DNA of 64,000 bases from an uncultured Chitinophagaceae bacterium (GCA_964502525.1 CAZCXH010000004.1:45-64044); one strand, 5' to 3'. Positions 7,573-16,450 are shown, counted from the stretch's first letter. Notes: a model not told the origin generated them from the sequence alone. Numbers and translations: made by a program.

Positions 7573-8526
7573 TCACTTATCACACCGCACAGCATAATTC
7601 ACGTCAATATGCTTTAGCAGGCAGCTTACCCGTTCGGTGCTGAACGGATGCGTTCTCAGAAATTTAGTGAATTCATCCTGTGTTTCGTTCTTGCCCATGC
7701 GTTTCCAGAACGTAACGGCTTGGCAGCCGTCATAACCGGAAGCAACGGCAAGGTCTAATCCGTGCAGGTCGCAATAGACTTCGTTTTCCTGGTTGAAAGG
7801 CATCGTGAGGATGTAATTTGCAAGGATGCCGTAATCCGCCATTTCGCCAAGCCAGTTGCGGGCGATGAGTTGCCTGCGCAGTTGCTTATTGATGTGCCCC
7901 AGTTCATTGTGCTGGATTTCATGACTGAGAACCATCGCCAGTTCATCATCGCTTTCGGCAAAATCAATCATTGCCGTAGTGATGAAGATTTGCGCGCCCG
8001 CGGTGAAGGAATTTGCATCTTCCGACTGAATGACGCGCCACTGGTATGAATAAGGCGTTTGCGGGTCAAGAGTTTTCAGTAATGTTTTCATAATCCCATC
8101 CACCCTGCCTTTATATTTTTCCGCATCGCTGAAACCGTATTCTTCCTCCATCATCGCTTTTACTTTCTCACCCAGTTTCACTTCTTCTTCGATTCCCACC
8201 GCATCGCTGCCCGCTTTTATCCATTCATTTTCCAGGTCAGCACCCACGCCTATCATTTCATCAAAAAGCGATTGTTGCCGAAGGCAGCTCATGTCATAAG
8301 AAATCTTCGTGTTTTTGGGCTTCCATGATATAGCCGGTGGACGTGCTGTTTCTATAACAACAGATTCCTGAATGGTGTCCGGCTCAGCATTTGTCATAGT
8401 GTCCCGCTCAGATGATTGGACAGGTTTTTCATCGTTTCCGCCATTCTGATAAAGAACGAATATCCCTGCAAAAAAGATAGCGACCAAAACAAAGGGCGCG
8501 ATAGAGCCTGATGTGTTGAATTGCAT
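7573..8526 (-). CDS. M48-family zinc metallopeptidase, membrane anchored
   Basis: HEIQHNELGH (HExxH) and a C-terminal ..LRTHPFSTERV.. motif. N-terminal TM helix after the Met at 8526. The longer ORF to 8613 would overlap the upstream gene, so the internal start is preferred. Confidence 0.75.
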   Translation of the reverse strand: MQFNTSGSIAPFVLVAIFFAGIFVLYQNGGNDEKPVQSSERDTMTNAEPDTIQESVVIETARPPAISWKPKNTKISYDMSCLRQQSLFDEMIGVGADLENEWIKAGSDAVGIEEEVKLGEKVKAMMEEEYGFSDAEKYKGRVDGIMKTLLKTLDPQTPYSYQWRVIQSEDANSFTAGAQIFITTAMIDFAESDDELAMVLSHEIQHNELGHINKQLRRQLIARNWLGEMADYGILANYILTMPFNQENEVYCDLHGLDLAVASGYDGCQAVTFWKRMGKNETQDEFTKFLRTHPFSTERVSCLLKHIDVNYAVRCDK

Positions 8527-8533
8527 GGCGCGG

Positions 8534-10810
8534 CTACTTTCTCGATAGAGTGTAATAAATGATGGCAAGCATAGCCGTTGCCAAGAGAAACAATATGAAT
8601 ACATTATTGGCAAGCCCGTCAGACGCTATAAAACTGTCATGCGCGTAAAGATGCTGTGCAACCACGTCCATAAACACTTCAGGGCTTCTGCCGGAATCCT
8701 GAATCCGCGCAAGTCCCTCCGTCCCCCACCTGCCGATCGTGAAATAGCTTAACAACAGCGTGATATTATTTTGAACGGGTTGTATAATTCCGGCAAGAAT
8801 GATTTGCGGCATCAGCGCAATCGGTAAAATACTCATGACCTGCGTAGCGGTGTTTGTGACGGATGACAGCATCAATCCGAAAACGAGGGAAACCATGTTG
8901 ACGCACAGCAGGAACAAACCTGTTTCCATGAACAGTGTCAAATCATCATAATACGCAAACAGCATCAGCAGAAAAATCAATATCTGCGCGGCTGACAATA
9001 CGGTTAAAACCGCCATTTTGCTGAAGATGTAAGGCGTGATCCGGAGGTTAAACATCCGCTCCCGCCTGAAGATGGTTGTTTCACCCACGATTTCTTTGGC
9101 AGCGTTGCTTACCCCAAACCATATCGCGGCAATCGCCATGATAAACAATGCGCCTATGTTTCCGGCAAGCGCTTCCGCTTCTATGAGGCGGTCGAACGCA
9201 GCGATGATGAGCAAGGCGATGAGAACAGGCTGCAATACCAGCAGGGCTAAGTTTCGGAGGTCGCTGAATTTTATATCGAAATATCGCAAAATCAGCCATT
9301 TTGATTGATGAAAAAGATTCGCCCTGATTTGAGCGGGTTTGATTTCTTTATTCCTGCTGCTTTCGCTCTGACCTCCCGCACCGCGCCTGTCATACCATTC
9401 CTTGCTTTCGGCAGATCCGCTTAACAGCGCATAAACCTCCGTGATTTTCTCTTTTTGAAAATAACCGAGGAACCCCTCTTTTGAGCCGTCATAAACCAAA
9501 TGACCTTTTGCTCCCATGAATATTATTCTATCTGCATGTTCCAAATCTTCCGGCTTATGCGTCACCATGATTACCGTAGTGCCTTGCTCGCATAGTTTCC
9601 GCAGGCATCTGAGAAACTCCCCGATGCTCTCAGGGTCTAAAGGACTGGTTGGTTCATCGAGAAAAAGAATTTTAGGTTGTGTCAGCAGTTCAACGGCAAT
9701 AGAAACCCGCTTTTTCTGTCCGCCTGACAAATTCCCGACACGGGTAGCGCGTATCTGCGCATCATTGATATTGAGGCTTGCCAACACTTCGTTCACCCTC
9801 TCCATAATCCGCTCTTTGCTGACATCTTCCGACAGTCTCATGCGCGCGGCATAGTAAAGCGATTTCTCAACCGTAAGTTCATCGTGCACGACATTTTCCT
9901 GCGGCACATACCCGATGACCGTTTTCAGCAACTCAAAATTTTCATATAAGTCCAATCCGAAAAGCCGCACACTGCCGGAACTTGGCGGACTGTCTCCGTT
10001 GAGAGCTTTCAGCAAAGTGGACTTGCCGCAACCGCTGGGTCCCATCAGCGCAACCATTTCCTGATAAGGTATCTCAAAGGAAGTTCGTTGCAGGCCTTGA
10101 TAGCCATTAGGAAAAATTTTGGTGATGTTGTGGACAGCAATGGCAGCCTTCTTCAGTAAATCCTCTGCTTTGCGGACCAAACTGAATTCGTGCAAACCGA
10201 TATGCAGCCGGTCAGTTTCACCCAACAACATAACATCAGCGATTCTTTGCCCGTTGACAAACGTGCCGTTGGTGCTTTTCAAATCTTCCACATAAACTTT
10301 CCCGTTCTCTTTAAAGACACGCGCATGTCGCCTCGACACCGACATATCCGGCAGCGCAATATCATTTTCAGGAGTTCTGCCTATGAATATTTCAGACTTC
10401 TGTTTTAAGAAATCATTCAGGCTTGCATTAAATGCAATGTTTATCTCACTTTTCTGCTTGGGCTGATTGGAGAGATTGGGCGGCTGTTCATTGCTTATCC
10501 TGACAGTCACAACTTCCGCCAGCGAGATTTCATCACCCGGTTTAATCGGATACTTTTGATTAGGGTTGAGTTGTTCGCCATTCAAAAAAGTGCCATTGGT
10601 AGTAGCCAAATCTTCGATCCAAACTGCATTATCATCAAATCCAATTTTGGCATGTTCCCGCGACACCCTGAAATGATTGAACTCTGCACCGTAAGCCATT
10701 ACCGTATCACGCCCAAGGATCACCTGTTCCCCGCTCTGAAGGACGATATTCTGGCTTCTGCCATTCGCGATGACCTGTATGTAAATAGGGAGAGGCATGC
10801 GGTCACTCAA
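8534..10810 (-). CDS. double-FHA / ABC ATPase / ABC-2 permease fusion transporter
   Basis: Two FHA domains (..ILGRD..VSREHAKI..DLATTNGTFLNG.. and ..FIGR..VSRRHARV..DLKSTNGTFVNG..). Walker A GPSGCGKST, signature LSGGQKKR and Walker B ILFLDEPTSPLD. About 6 C-terminal TM helices. Confidence 0.88.
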   Translation of the reverse strand: MSDRMPLPIYIQVIANGRSQNIVLQSGEQVILGRDTVMAYGAEFNHFRVSREHAKIGFDDNAVWIEDLATTNGTFLNGEQLNPNQKYPIKPGDEISLAEVVTVRISNEQPPNLSNQPKQKSEINIAFNASLNDFLKQKSEIFIGRTPENDIALPDMSVSRRHARVFKENGKVYVEDLKSTNGTFVNGQRIADVMLLGETDRLHIGLHEFSLVRKAEDLLKKAAIAVHNITKIFPNGYQGLQRTSFEIPYQEMVALMGPSGCGKSTLLKALNGDSPPSSGSVRLFGLDLYENFELLKTVIGYVPQENVVHDELTVEKSLYYAARMRLSEDVSKERIMERVNEVLASLNINDAQIRATRVGNLSGGQKKRVSIAVELLTQPKILFLDEPTSPLDPESIGEFLRCLRKLCEQGTTVIMVTHKPEDLEHADRIIFMGAKGHLVYDGSKEGFLGYFQKEKITEVYALLSGSAESKEWYDRRGAGGQSESSRNKEIKPAQIRANLFHQSKWLILRYFDIKFSDLRNLALLVLQPVLIALLIIAAFDRLIEAEALAGNIGALFIMAIAAIWFGVSNAAKEIVGETTIFRRERMFNLRITPYIFSKMAVLTVLSAAQILIFLLMLFAYYDDLTLFMETGLFLLCVNMVSLVFGLMLSSVTNTATQVMSILPIALMPQIILAGIIQPVQNNITLLLSYFTIGRWGTEGLARIQDSGRSPEVFMDVVAQHLYAHDSFIASDGLANNVFILFLLATAMLAIIYYTLSRK

Positions 10811-10861
10811 ATTTACTTTTTTAGCGAAACCGGCAGCTGATGCTTCCCAAAAAGATTATTT

Positions 10862-10869
10862 TACCTTTG
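10862..10869 (+). promoter_or_regulatory. Bacteroidetes-type -7 box (TACCTTTG = TAnnTTTG)
   Basis: Matches TAnnTTTG 54 nt upstream of the ATG at 10923. Followed by the direct repeats TCGTCATTCGT at 10881-10891 and 10895-10905. Confidence 0.35.
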
Positions 10870-10922
10870 CCTCCTTCAATTCGTCATTCGTAAATCGTCA
10901 TTCGTCATTTAAATACTCTACT

Positions 10923-11795
10923 ATGCTTTACAACGAACCCATGCTCAGGCAAGATGCGCTTAAAGGGAAAACTATTCTGATAACAGGCGGAGGAACCGGA
11001 CTCGGCAAGGCGATGGGAAAATATTTTCTGCAGCTTGGAGCCAACCTCATCATCACCAGTCGCAAATTGGAGAGGCTCGAAGAAACGGCTAAGGAAATGG
11101 AAAAAGAAACAGGCGGAAAAGTGCTCGCGCTGCAATCGGATGTAAGGAAATATGAGGAAGTGGAAAATGTGCTTAAGAAGTCGGTTGAAAAATTCGGGAG
11201 GGTGGATGCGCTGGTGAATAATGCGGCAGGAAATTTCATCAGCCCCACCGAAAGGCTTTCTCCCAAAGCGTTTGAAGCGGTCATTGGAATCGTTTTGCAA
11301 GGCTCCATCAACTACACGCTCGCTTTCGGCAAGCATTGGATTAAGGAAAAACAACCCGCAACGGTATTAAGCATCGTGACGACTTATGCCTGGACCGGCT
11401 CCGGTTATGTGCTCCCAAGCGCGTGTGCAAAGGCAGGAGTACTGGCGATGACGCGTTCGCTTGCAGTCGAATGGGCGAAATATAAAATCCGTTTCAACGC
11501 TGTTGCTCCCGGTCCGTTTCCGACAAAGGGCGCATGGGAACGCCTCGTGCCGGGCGATCTTGCAGATAAATTCGACCCCGCTAAGAAAGTGCCTGTTGGA
11601 CGTGTTGGCAAACACCAGGAGCTTGCCAACCTCTGCGCTTTCCTCGTTTCCGACTTTTCATCCTACATCAATGGCGACTGCATCACGATTGACGGTGGCG
11701 AATGGCTGAAGGGAGCAGGGCAGTTCAGCGGGATGGAAGCCGTGCCGAATGAGATGTGGAATATGATCGAGCAGATGACGAGGGCAGTGAAGTAA
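10923..11795 (+). CDS. SDR-family oxidoreductase (2,4-dienoyl-CoA reductase-like)
   Basis: TGGGTGLGKA Rossmann motif, NNAAG, and a Y..K catalytic region. The start is set at MLYNEPML because the upstream extension overlaps the divergent ABC gene. Confidence 0.85.
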   Translation: MLYNEPMLRQDALKGKTILITGGGTGLGKAMGKYFLQLGANLIITSRKLERLEETAKEMEKETGGKVLALQSDVRKYEEVENVLKKSVEKFGRVDALVNNAAGNFISPTERLSPKAFEAVIGIVLQGSINYTLAFGKHWIKEKQPATVLSIVTTYAWTGSGYVLPSACAKAGVLAMTRSLAVEWAKYKIRFNAVAPGPFPTKGAWERLVPGDLADKFDPAKKVPVGRVGKHQELANLCAFLVSDFSSYINGDCITIDGGEWLKGAGQFSGMEAVPNEMWNMIEQMTRAVK

Positions 11796-11805
11796 CTATA
11801 TAAAA

Positions 11806-11822
11806 ATAGAACGCGGATGACG
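11806..11822. repeat. short dispersed motif ATAGAACRSGGATG (copy 2)
   Basis: ATAGAACGCGGATGACG 11 nt after the SDR stop codon. Confidence 0.45.
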
Positions 11823-12277
11823 TGAAGGGCATTCAATTTTCTATAGGAATCCTTTTTTGTATGACGTTATGAAAACTGAAAACTGGATATATAAATGGGC
11901 GGGCGATAAAAGAGCAATTTTTAGAACTGCCCTTAACCAAGACACGAGATAAAACCCCCTGCAAACACAAGTTTTCCGGTGTGGATTAAAGTTTATCTGA
12001 AATCAGAGTAGGACTGGAATAATGAGGTTGCAGCACCAACTGATGTGGTAGAACTTTTCAATGAGCAAAAATCTGTTGGCATATTTGTTCCGTTCAGAGG
12101 CGACCAGGTTGTACAGTCTGACCAACGTGAACCGTATTCGATAACAATTAATTAACGGATCAAAACGAATCATAACATGAAAGGCGGGAGCGATATGCGT
12201 TGGCAGACGATCATCTTACCATAGGGAAACACAGGGAAACACACAAGGTAGAACGTATTAAAATGTTTGGATAGCTT

Positions 12278-12420
12278 CATTGCCGTTGGCTTCAGCCAAC
12301 GGCAATGAAAAGAGAGAAAATGATGGGCTTTAGCCCAACCTTGCCAAAACAAAAAAAATTTGGCTGAAGCCTGTTCATTTCTCAATTCTTAAACCATTGG
12401 CTGAAGCCAACGGCAATGAA
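12278..12420. repeat. cluster of palindromic repeats (GGCTGAAGCC / AACGGCAATGAAA family)
   Basis: Perfect 30-nt palindrome CATTGCCGTTGGCTTCAGCCAACGGCAATG at 12278-12307. Partial copies at 12362-12372 and 12394-12420. Confidence 0.7.
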
Positions 12421-12425
12421 AGAGT

Positions 12426-12499
12426 TTGATAATCAAACTGATTTAAATGCGTGTTGCCCCGGGAAACACATAAAGGGGAACGCCAAAATCGTAAATTTG
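12426..12499 (+). promoter_or_regulatory. ~75-nt promoter-proximal repeat element, copy A (ends in the -7 box TAAATTTG)
   Basis: TTGATAATCAaactGATTTAAAtGCGTGTTGCCCC, then ~32 nt, then AATCGTAAATTTG. Homologous to 24290-24364 with the same spacing. Confidence 0.45.
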
Positions 12500-12506
12500 A
12501 GCTATC

Positions 12507-13454
12507 TTGAAATCCCTTCTTAAAAAATCTGTTCTCAGAAAGGTCAATCCTGAAATCCTTTCTCATCTCACCGTGAATGGCAGGCAGGCGAATGGTCACA
12601 GATTGAAGGTGCAAAAAACATATAAGATTTATATTGACGGGAAATTTCCGCGAACCGAATCCGGCAGGTATTACAAGCTGAAAAACAAAAAAGGCAATGT
12701 CATCGCCAGCATCAGCCGGTCGTCAAGGAAAGATTTCCGTGATGCGGTGGTGGCGGCAAGGAATGCTTTTGAAAAGTGGTCGTCACTCACCGCCTTCAAC
12801 CGGGGACAAATCATTTATCGCATTGCGGAAATGCTGGAAGGGCGCAGCGCCCAATTCGTTTCGGAACTGATTCAGCAGGGGCGGAGCATTGACGAAGCCA
12901 CCAGCGAAGTGACGCTTGCCATTGACAGAATGGCGTATTACGCGGGCTGGGCAGACAAATACCAGCAGGTTTTCAGCAGCGTGAACCCGACAAATGCTCC
13001 TTACTTTAATTTCTCGATATATGAGCCGACCGGAGTGGTGGGTGTCATCGCTCCGCAGGAAAATTCATTGATCGGATTGGTTTCAACCATAATCCCGGCT
13101 ATCACCGGAGGAAATACCTGCGTTGTTCTTGCCTCCGAGCTATTGCCGTTGTGCGCTGTGACATTCGCAGAGGTTTTACATTCATCGGATGTTCCCGGTG
13201 GTGTGGCAAATATCCTGACCGGCTTTCGCAGGGAACTCATCGGGCAGTTTTCTTCGCACATGGACGTGAATGCGATCATCTTCAGCGGTGACGACAAGAA
13301 AGAAATAAGAACCATCCAGGAAAATGCCACTTTGAACGTGAAGCGTGTTGTCATTCATAAGGAAACGGACTGGATGAAGGAAACTTCGCAAAATCCTTAT
13401 TTCATCCTCGACACCCAGGAAATCAAAACCACCTGGCATCCGGTGGGGATTTGA
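12507..13454 (+). CDS. aldehyde dehydrogenase-family protein lacking the catalytic-Cys domain (start uncertain)
   Basis: ALDH N-terminal/NAD-binding motifs are present: KIYIDGKF, GVVGVIAPQENSL, GGNTCVVLASE, IIFSGDDKKEI, LNVKRVVI. The ORF stops ~30 aa after the position where ELGGK and the Cys loop normally follow. There is no in-frame ATG near the 5' end (TTG 12507 or GTG ~12573). Confidence 0.6.
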   Translation: MKSLLKKSVLRKVNPEILSHLTVNGRQANGHRLKVQKTYKIYIDGKFPRTESGRYYKLKNKKGNVIASISRSSRKDFRDAVVAARNAFEKWSSLTAFNRGQIIYRIAEMLEGRSAQFVSELIQQGRSIDEATSEVTLAIDRMAYYAGWADKYQQVFSSVNPTNAPYFNFSIYEPTGVVGVIAPQENSLIGLVSTIIPAITGGNTCVVLASELLPLCAVTFAEVLHSSDVPGGVANILTGFRRELIGQFSSHMDVNAIIFSGDDKKEIRTIQENATLNVKRVVIHKETDWMKETSQNPYFILDTQEIKTTWHPVGI

Positions 13455-13479
13455 TGTGCTGATTTGCTGATTCGATGAT
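13453..13479. repeat. short dispersed motif GATGTGCTGAT(T)..TTCGATGAT (copy 1)
   Basis: Related copies at 31849-31867 and 40835-40869 in reverse-complement orientation. All sit next to gene 3' ends. Confidence 0.4.
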
Positions 13480-13738
13480 CACTGTTGTCCGGTAAAAATT
13501 TCTATTACTCCCCTAAATTCAAGCTCTGTGTATATTTCAGATAATGCCGCCCGATGGGGCTTGGTTTTTCCTTCTTAACAAACTGCTACCATAATGTCGT
13601 CCCGCTGGGACTTTCAAAAGCTCCGTCAGGAGCGACCTTTTGGTAGAAACGAAACGAATCTGAACGAACAAAGCCCTGTAAGGGCGACCTTATTTCTCTT
13701 GATAAATATTTTTACCGGACAACAATGATTCGATGATT
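13468..13738. repeat. MITE-like element with terminal inverted repeats and internal hairpin array
   Basis: TIRs TCACTGTTGTCCGGTAAAAAT (13479-13499) and ATTTTTACCGGACAACAATGA (13708-13728), 1 mismatch. Flanking direct repeat TGATTCGATGAT (13468-13479 / 13726-13737). The interior holds short hairpins (GTCCCGCTGGGAC, GCTCCGTCAGGAGC, GCCCTGTAAGGGC). Confidence 0.45.
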
Positions 13739-13871
13739 GGTTGACGAACTTGGTCATGAAGTAATGTTATACCAAGCGTAGTCGAATTTCCGAAGGGAAG
13801 AGACGTACTCCTGGTTAATACCGAATATTCTACAGTTCAATGGTTCGAAAACCTGAGTTGTTTCGGTCTAC

Positions 13872-15197
13872 TCAGAACTTTTGCGTTCCTTTCTTGCTCA
13901 CCTTGCCGATAATAAAGTTATGAGGCTTGGGTTTTTTCTGTGAAAACCTATAGGCAGAAAGCAACATGTCAGTGGCATCTTTCAACTGAGTCATGTTATT
14001 GGTATGTAAAATCGCAAGCCCCTCGCTCTTTCTCACTTTGTCGCCAGCTTTTTTATGAAGGACTATTCCTGCAGTCGCATCAATGCCTTCTTCCTTTTTG
14101 CTTCTGCCTGCTCCGAGCATCATCGCTGCGTTCCCGACTTTTTCCGCAAGAACTGATGTAATATATCCGTCTTTTGGTGAAGTGATGATCTCAACGATAG
14201 CCGCTTTCGGCAATAACTCCAAATCCTTTATTTGCCTGACATCTCCGCCCTGCGCCTCAATAAGCCGAGTTAGTTTTTCCAATCCCCTACCCGAGTGCAG
14301 CGCATGCAGCATCCGCAGCCTCGCGTCCTTTTCTTTTCTCACAATGCCGGCCAGCAAAAGCATCTGCGTCCCCAGATAGACGCATAAGTCCTGCAAATCT
14401 TTCGGACCTCGCCCCTTCAGGGTTTCAACCGCTTCAACCGCTTCCAGCCCGTTGCCTACAGCCCTTCCCAAAGGCTGCTCCATGGTTGAAACAACCGCAA
14501 TCGTTCTTTTGCACAGACTTTCGCCTATATCCACAAGCTGACGAGCCAAATCGAATGCGTCCTTTTTGTTTTTCATGAAAGCGCCATCCCCGCATTTCAC
14601 GTCAATCAGAATCGCGTTAGAGCCGGATGCGATCTTCTTGCTCATGATGCTCGCTGCGATAAGCGATTTGTTTTCCACCGTTGCCGTTACATCGCGCAAC
14701 GCATATAGCTTCTTGTCGGCAGGAACAAGCTCAGCGGTTTGTCCTGCGATAGCTATCCCGATGGATTGCACCTGGCGCACCAATTCCTCCTTCGTCAGTT
14801 CAGCGCGAAATCCCTGAAAGGATTCAAGCTTGTCTATTGTACCGCCCGTAAACCCGAGACCTCTGCCGGAAAGTTTGGCTACAGGAACTCCCGCTGCAGC
14901 TACAAGAGGCGCCAATACGAGTGTGGTTTTGTCTCCAACGCCACCCGTACTGTGTTTATCAACTTTAACTCCGGGGATGGAAGCAAGATCAATCGTTTCT
15001 CCGGAGGCAATCATTGCCTTTGTAAAAGCGAGCGTTTCATGCCGATTCAATCCCTGAAAATAGATTGTCATCAGTAAGGCTGAAGCCTGGTAATCGGGAA
15101 TCTGACCGGTGGTATAACCGCGAACGAAGAAATCTATCTCCTCATCAGACAGGCGATGCCCGCTTCGTTTCTTATGAAGTATATCGAGAATTGACAT
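13872..15197 (-). CDS. pdp: thymidine / pyrimidine-nucleoside phosphorylase
   Basis: Full-length 441 aa. Motifs KHSTGGVGDKTTL and SGRGLGFTGGTIDKLE, with the conserved family layout. Confidence 0.9.
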   Translation of the reverse strand: MSILDILHKKRSGHRLSDEEIDFFVRGYTTGQIPDYQASALLMTIYFQGLNRHETLAFTKAMIASGETIDLASIPGVKVDKHSTGGVGDKTTLVLAPLVAAAGVPVAKLSGRGLGFTGGTIDKLESFQGFRAELTKEELVRQVQSIGIAIAGQTAELVPADKKLYALRDVTATVENKSLIAASIMSKKIASGSNAILIDVKCGDGAFMKNKKDAFDLARQLVDIGESLCKRTIAVVSTMEQPLGRAVGNGLEAVEAVETLKGRGPKDLQDLCVYLGTQMLLLAGIVRKEKDARLRMLHALHSGRGLEKLTRLIEAQGGDVRQIKDLELLPKAAIVEIITSPKDGYITSVLAEKVGNAAMMLGAGRSKKEEGIDATAGIVLHKKAGDKVRKSEGLAILHTNNMTQLKDATDMLLSAYRFSQKKPKPHNFIIGKVSKKGTQKF

Positions 15198-15291
15198 GAA
15201 TTGAAAAACAAATTACATCATTATCAAGAAATCTAAAAACCGGATTGAAGAAAAGCTGCAATCAGCAAGGCATTCAGGAAGGATAATTTTT

Positions 15292-15299
15292 TACTTTTG
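15292..15299 (+). promoter_or_regulatory. Bacteroidetes-type -7 box (TACTTTTG)
   Basis: TAnnTTTG match 12 nt upstream of the ATG at 15311. Confidence 0.35.
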
Positions 15300-15310
15300 C
15301 CTGCTGAAAA

Positions 15311-16321
15311 ATGAATATCGCAATCATCGGTTATGGCTATTGGGGTCCGAATTTGCTTCGCAACTTTTCAGAGAGGGATGACTGCGAAGTCAAATTAGTA
15401 TGCGACCTGCGGCAGGAAAGATTGAATGCTGTTAAAAAAAGCTATCCCTCCGTTTGCACGGTAAACTCTCCGGATGACGTATTGAACGACAATCTGATTG
15501 ATGCCGTTTGTATCGCCACGCCAGCTTACACTCATTACGAACTTGCCCGGAAGGCTTTAAAGAATGGAAAGCATGTAATGATCGAGAAGCCTATGACTTC
15601 AAAGACATCTGACGCTGAGAAGCTGATCAATCTCGCAGTGCAGAAGAAAAAGCTGCTGATGGTTGATCACACCTTTCTCTACACAGGCGCTGTAATAGCC
15701 ATCAAGCAAATCGTTGAAAGCGGCAGCATCGGTAGAATAAAATACTTCGACTCCACGCGCATCAACCTCGGACTTTTTCAGTCGGATATTAATGTCATTT
15801 GGGATTTGGCCCCCCACGATATTTCCATTCTCAATCATTTGGTGAAAGAGCAACCGGTCAGCGTCAATGCAACCGGAATTTCGCACACGCACACCGGACT
15901 GGAAAACATGGCGTTCCTGACGCTTAACTACCAAAGCGATCTGATCGGACATTTCAACTGCTCGTGGACTGCACCCGTCAAAATCAGAAAGATATTGATC
16001 GGGGGTTCAAAAAAAATGATTCTTTTCGATGATGTGGAGCCAACGGAGAAGGTGAAAGTTTATGATACAACTTACAACATACAGCCCCGTACCGATGAAT
16101 CAAAAAGAGAGTTGCTCGTGGATTATCGGGTAGGCGACATCTACATCCCGAAGTTGGGCAAGCGCGAAGCATTGGCAGGTGTCGTTGAAGATTTTGTTAA
16201 CGCCATTTTTAAAAAGACAAAACCATTAAGCGATATGCATGACGGTGCGAAAGTAGTGCGCATTTTGGAAGCCGCAGACAAGTCAGTCAAAAATAACGGC
16301 AAGGAAATAAAGATAGCGTGA
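15311..16321 (+). CDS. Gfo/Idh/MocA-family NAD(P)-dependent oxidoreductase
   Basis: N-terminal MNIAIIGYGYWGPN Rossmann motif, EKPM motif, and a C-terminal alpha/beta domain typical of sugar dehydrogenases. Confidence 0.85.
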   Translation: MNIAIIGYGYWGPNLLRNFSERDDCEVKLVCDLRQERLNAVKKSYPSVCTVNSPDDVLNDNLIDAVCIATPAYTHYELARKALKNGKHVMIEKPMTSKTSDAEKLINLAVQKKKLLMVDHTFLYTGAVIAIKQIVESGSIGRIKYFDSTRINLGLFQSDINVIWDLAPHDISILNHLVKEQPVSVNATGISHTHTGLENMAFLTLNYQSDLIGHFNCSWTAPVKIRKILIGGSKKMILFDDVEPTEKVKVYDTTYNIQPRTDESKRELLVDYRVGDIYIPKLGKREALAGVVEDFVNAIFKKTKPLSDMHDGAKVVRILEAADKSVKNNGKEIKIA

Positions 16322-16349
16322 CGGCCAGGGACGGATTCAGGTGTCTTTT

Positions 16350-16450
16350 TTAAGGGCAGTTCTGAAAATTCTGCCACTTACCCCTCTCCTTCCGGAGACC
16401 TTCTGGGGAGGGAGGTGTTGAGGCGATAGAAAGAGCAATTTTTAGAATCG
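16350..16450. repeat. MITE-like/REP-like element with a CCCCTCTCC...GGGGAGGG palindrome
   Basis: Arms TTAAGGGCAGTTCTGAAAATTCTGCC (16350-16375) and GAGCAATTTTTAGAATCG (16433-16450) are imperfect inverted repeats. The core is CCCCTCTCCTTCCGGAGACCTTCTGGGGAGGGAGGTGTTGAGGCG. A half copy (GGCGATAAAAGAGCAATTTTTAGAACTGCCCTTA) lies at 11902-11935. Confidence 0.45.

Noticed and set aside
10797-10922. Longer N-terminal extensions offered by the ORF track. These are SDR from 10797, GT-B-like from 33876, M48 from 8613, J-domain from 27292, elbB from 62016, paralog 2 from 46709 and SMR from 39344.
   Set aside because: The extensions overlap neighbouring genes or precede obvious family N-termini or signal peptides. 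Internal Met starts were chosen instead.
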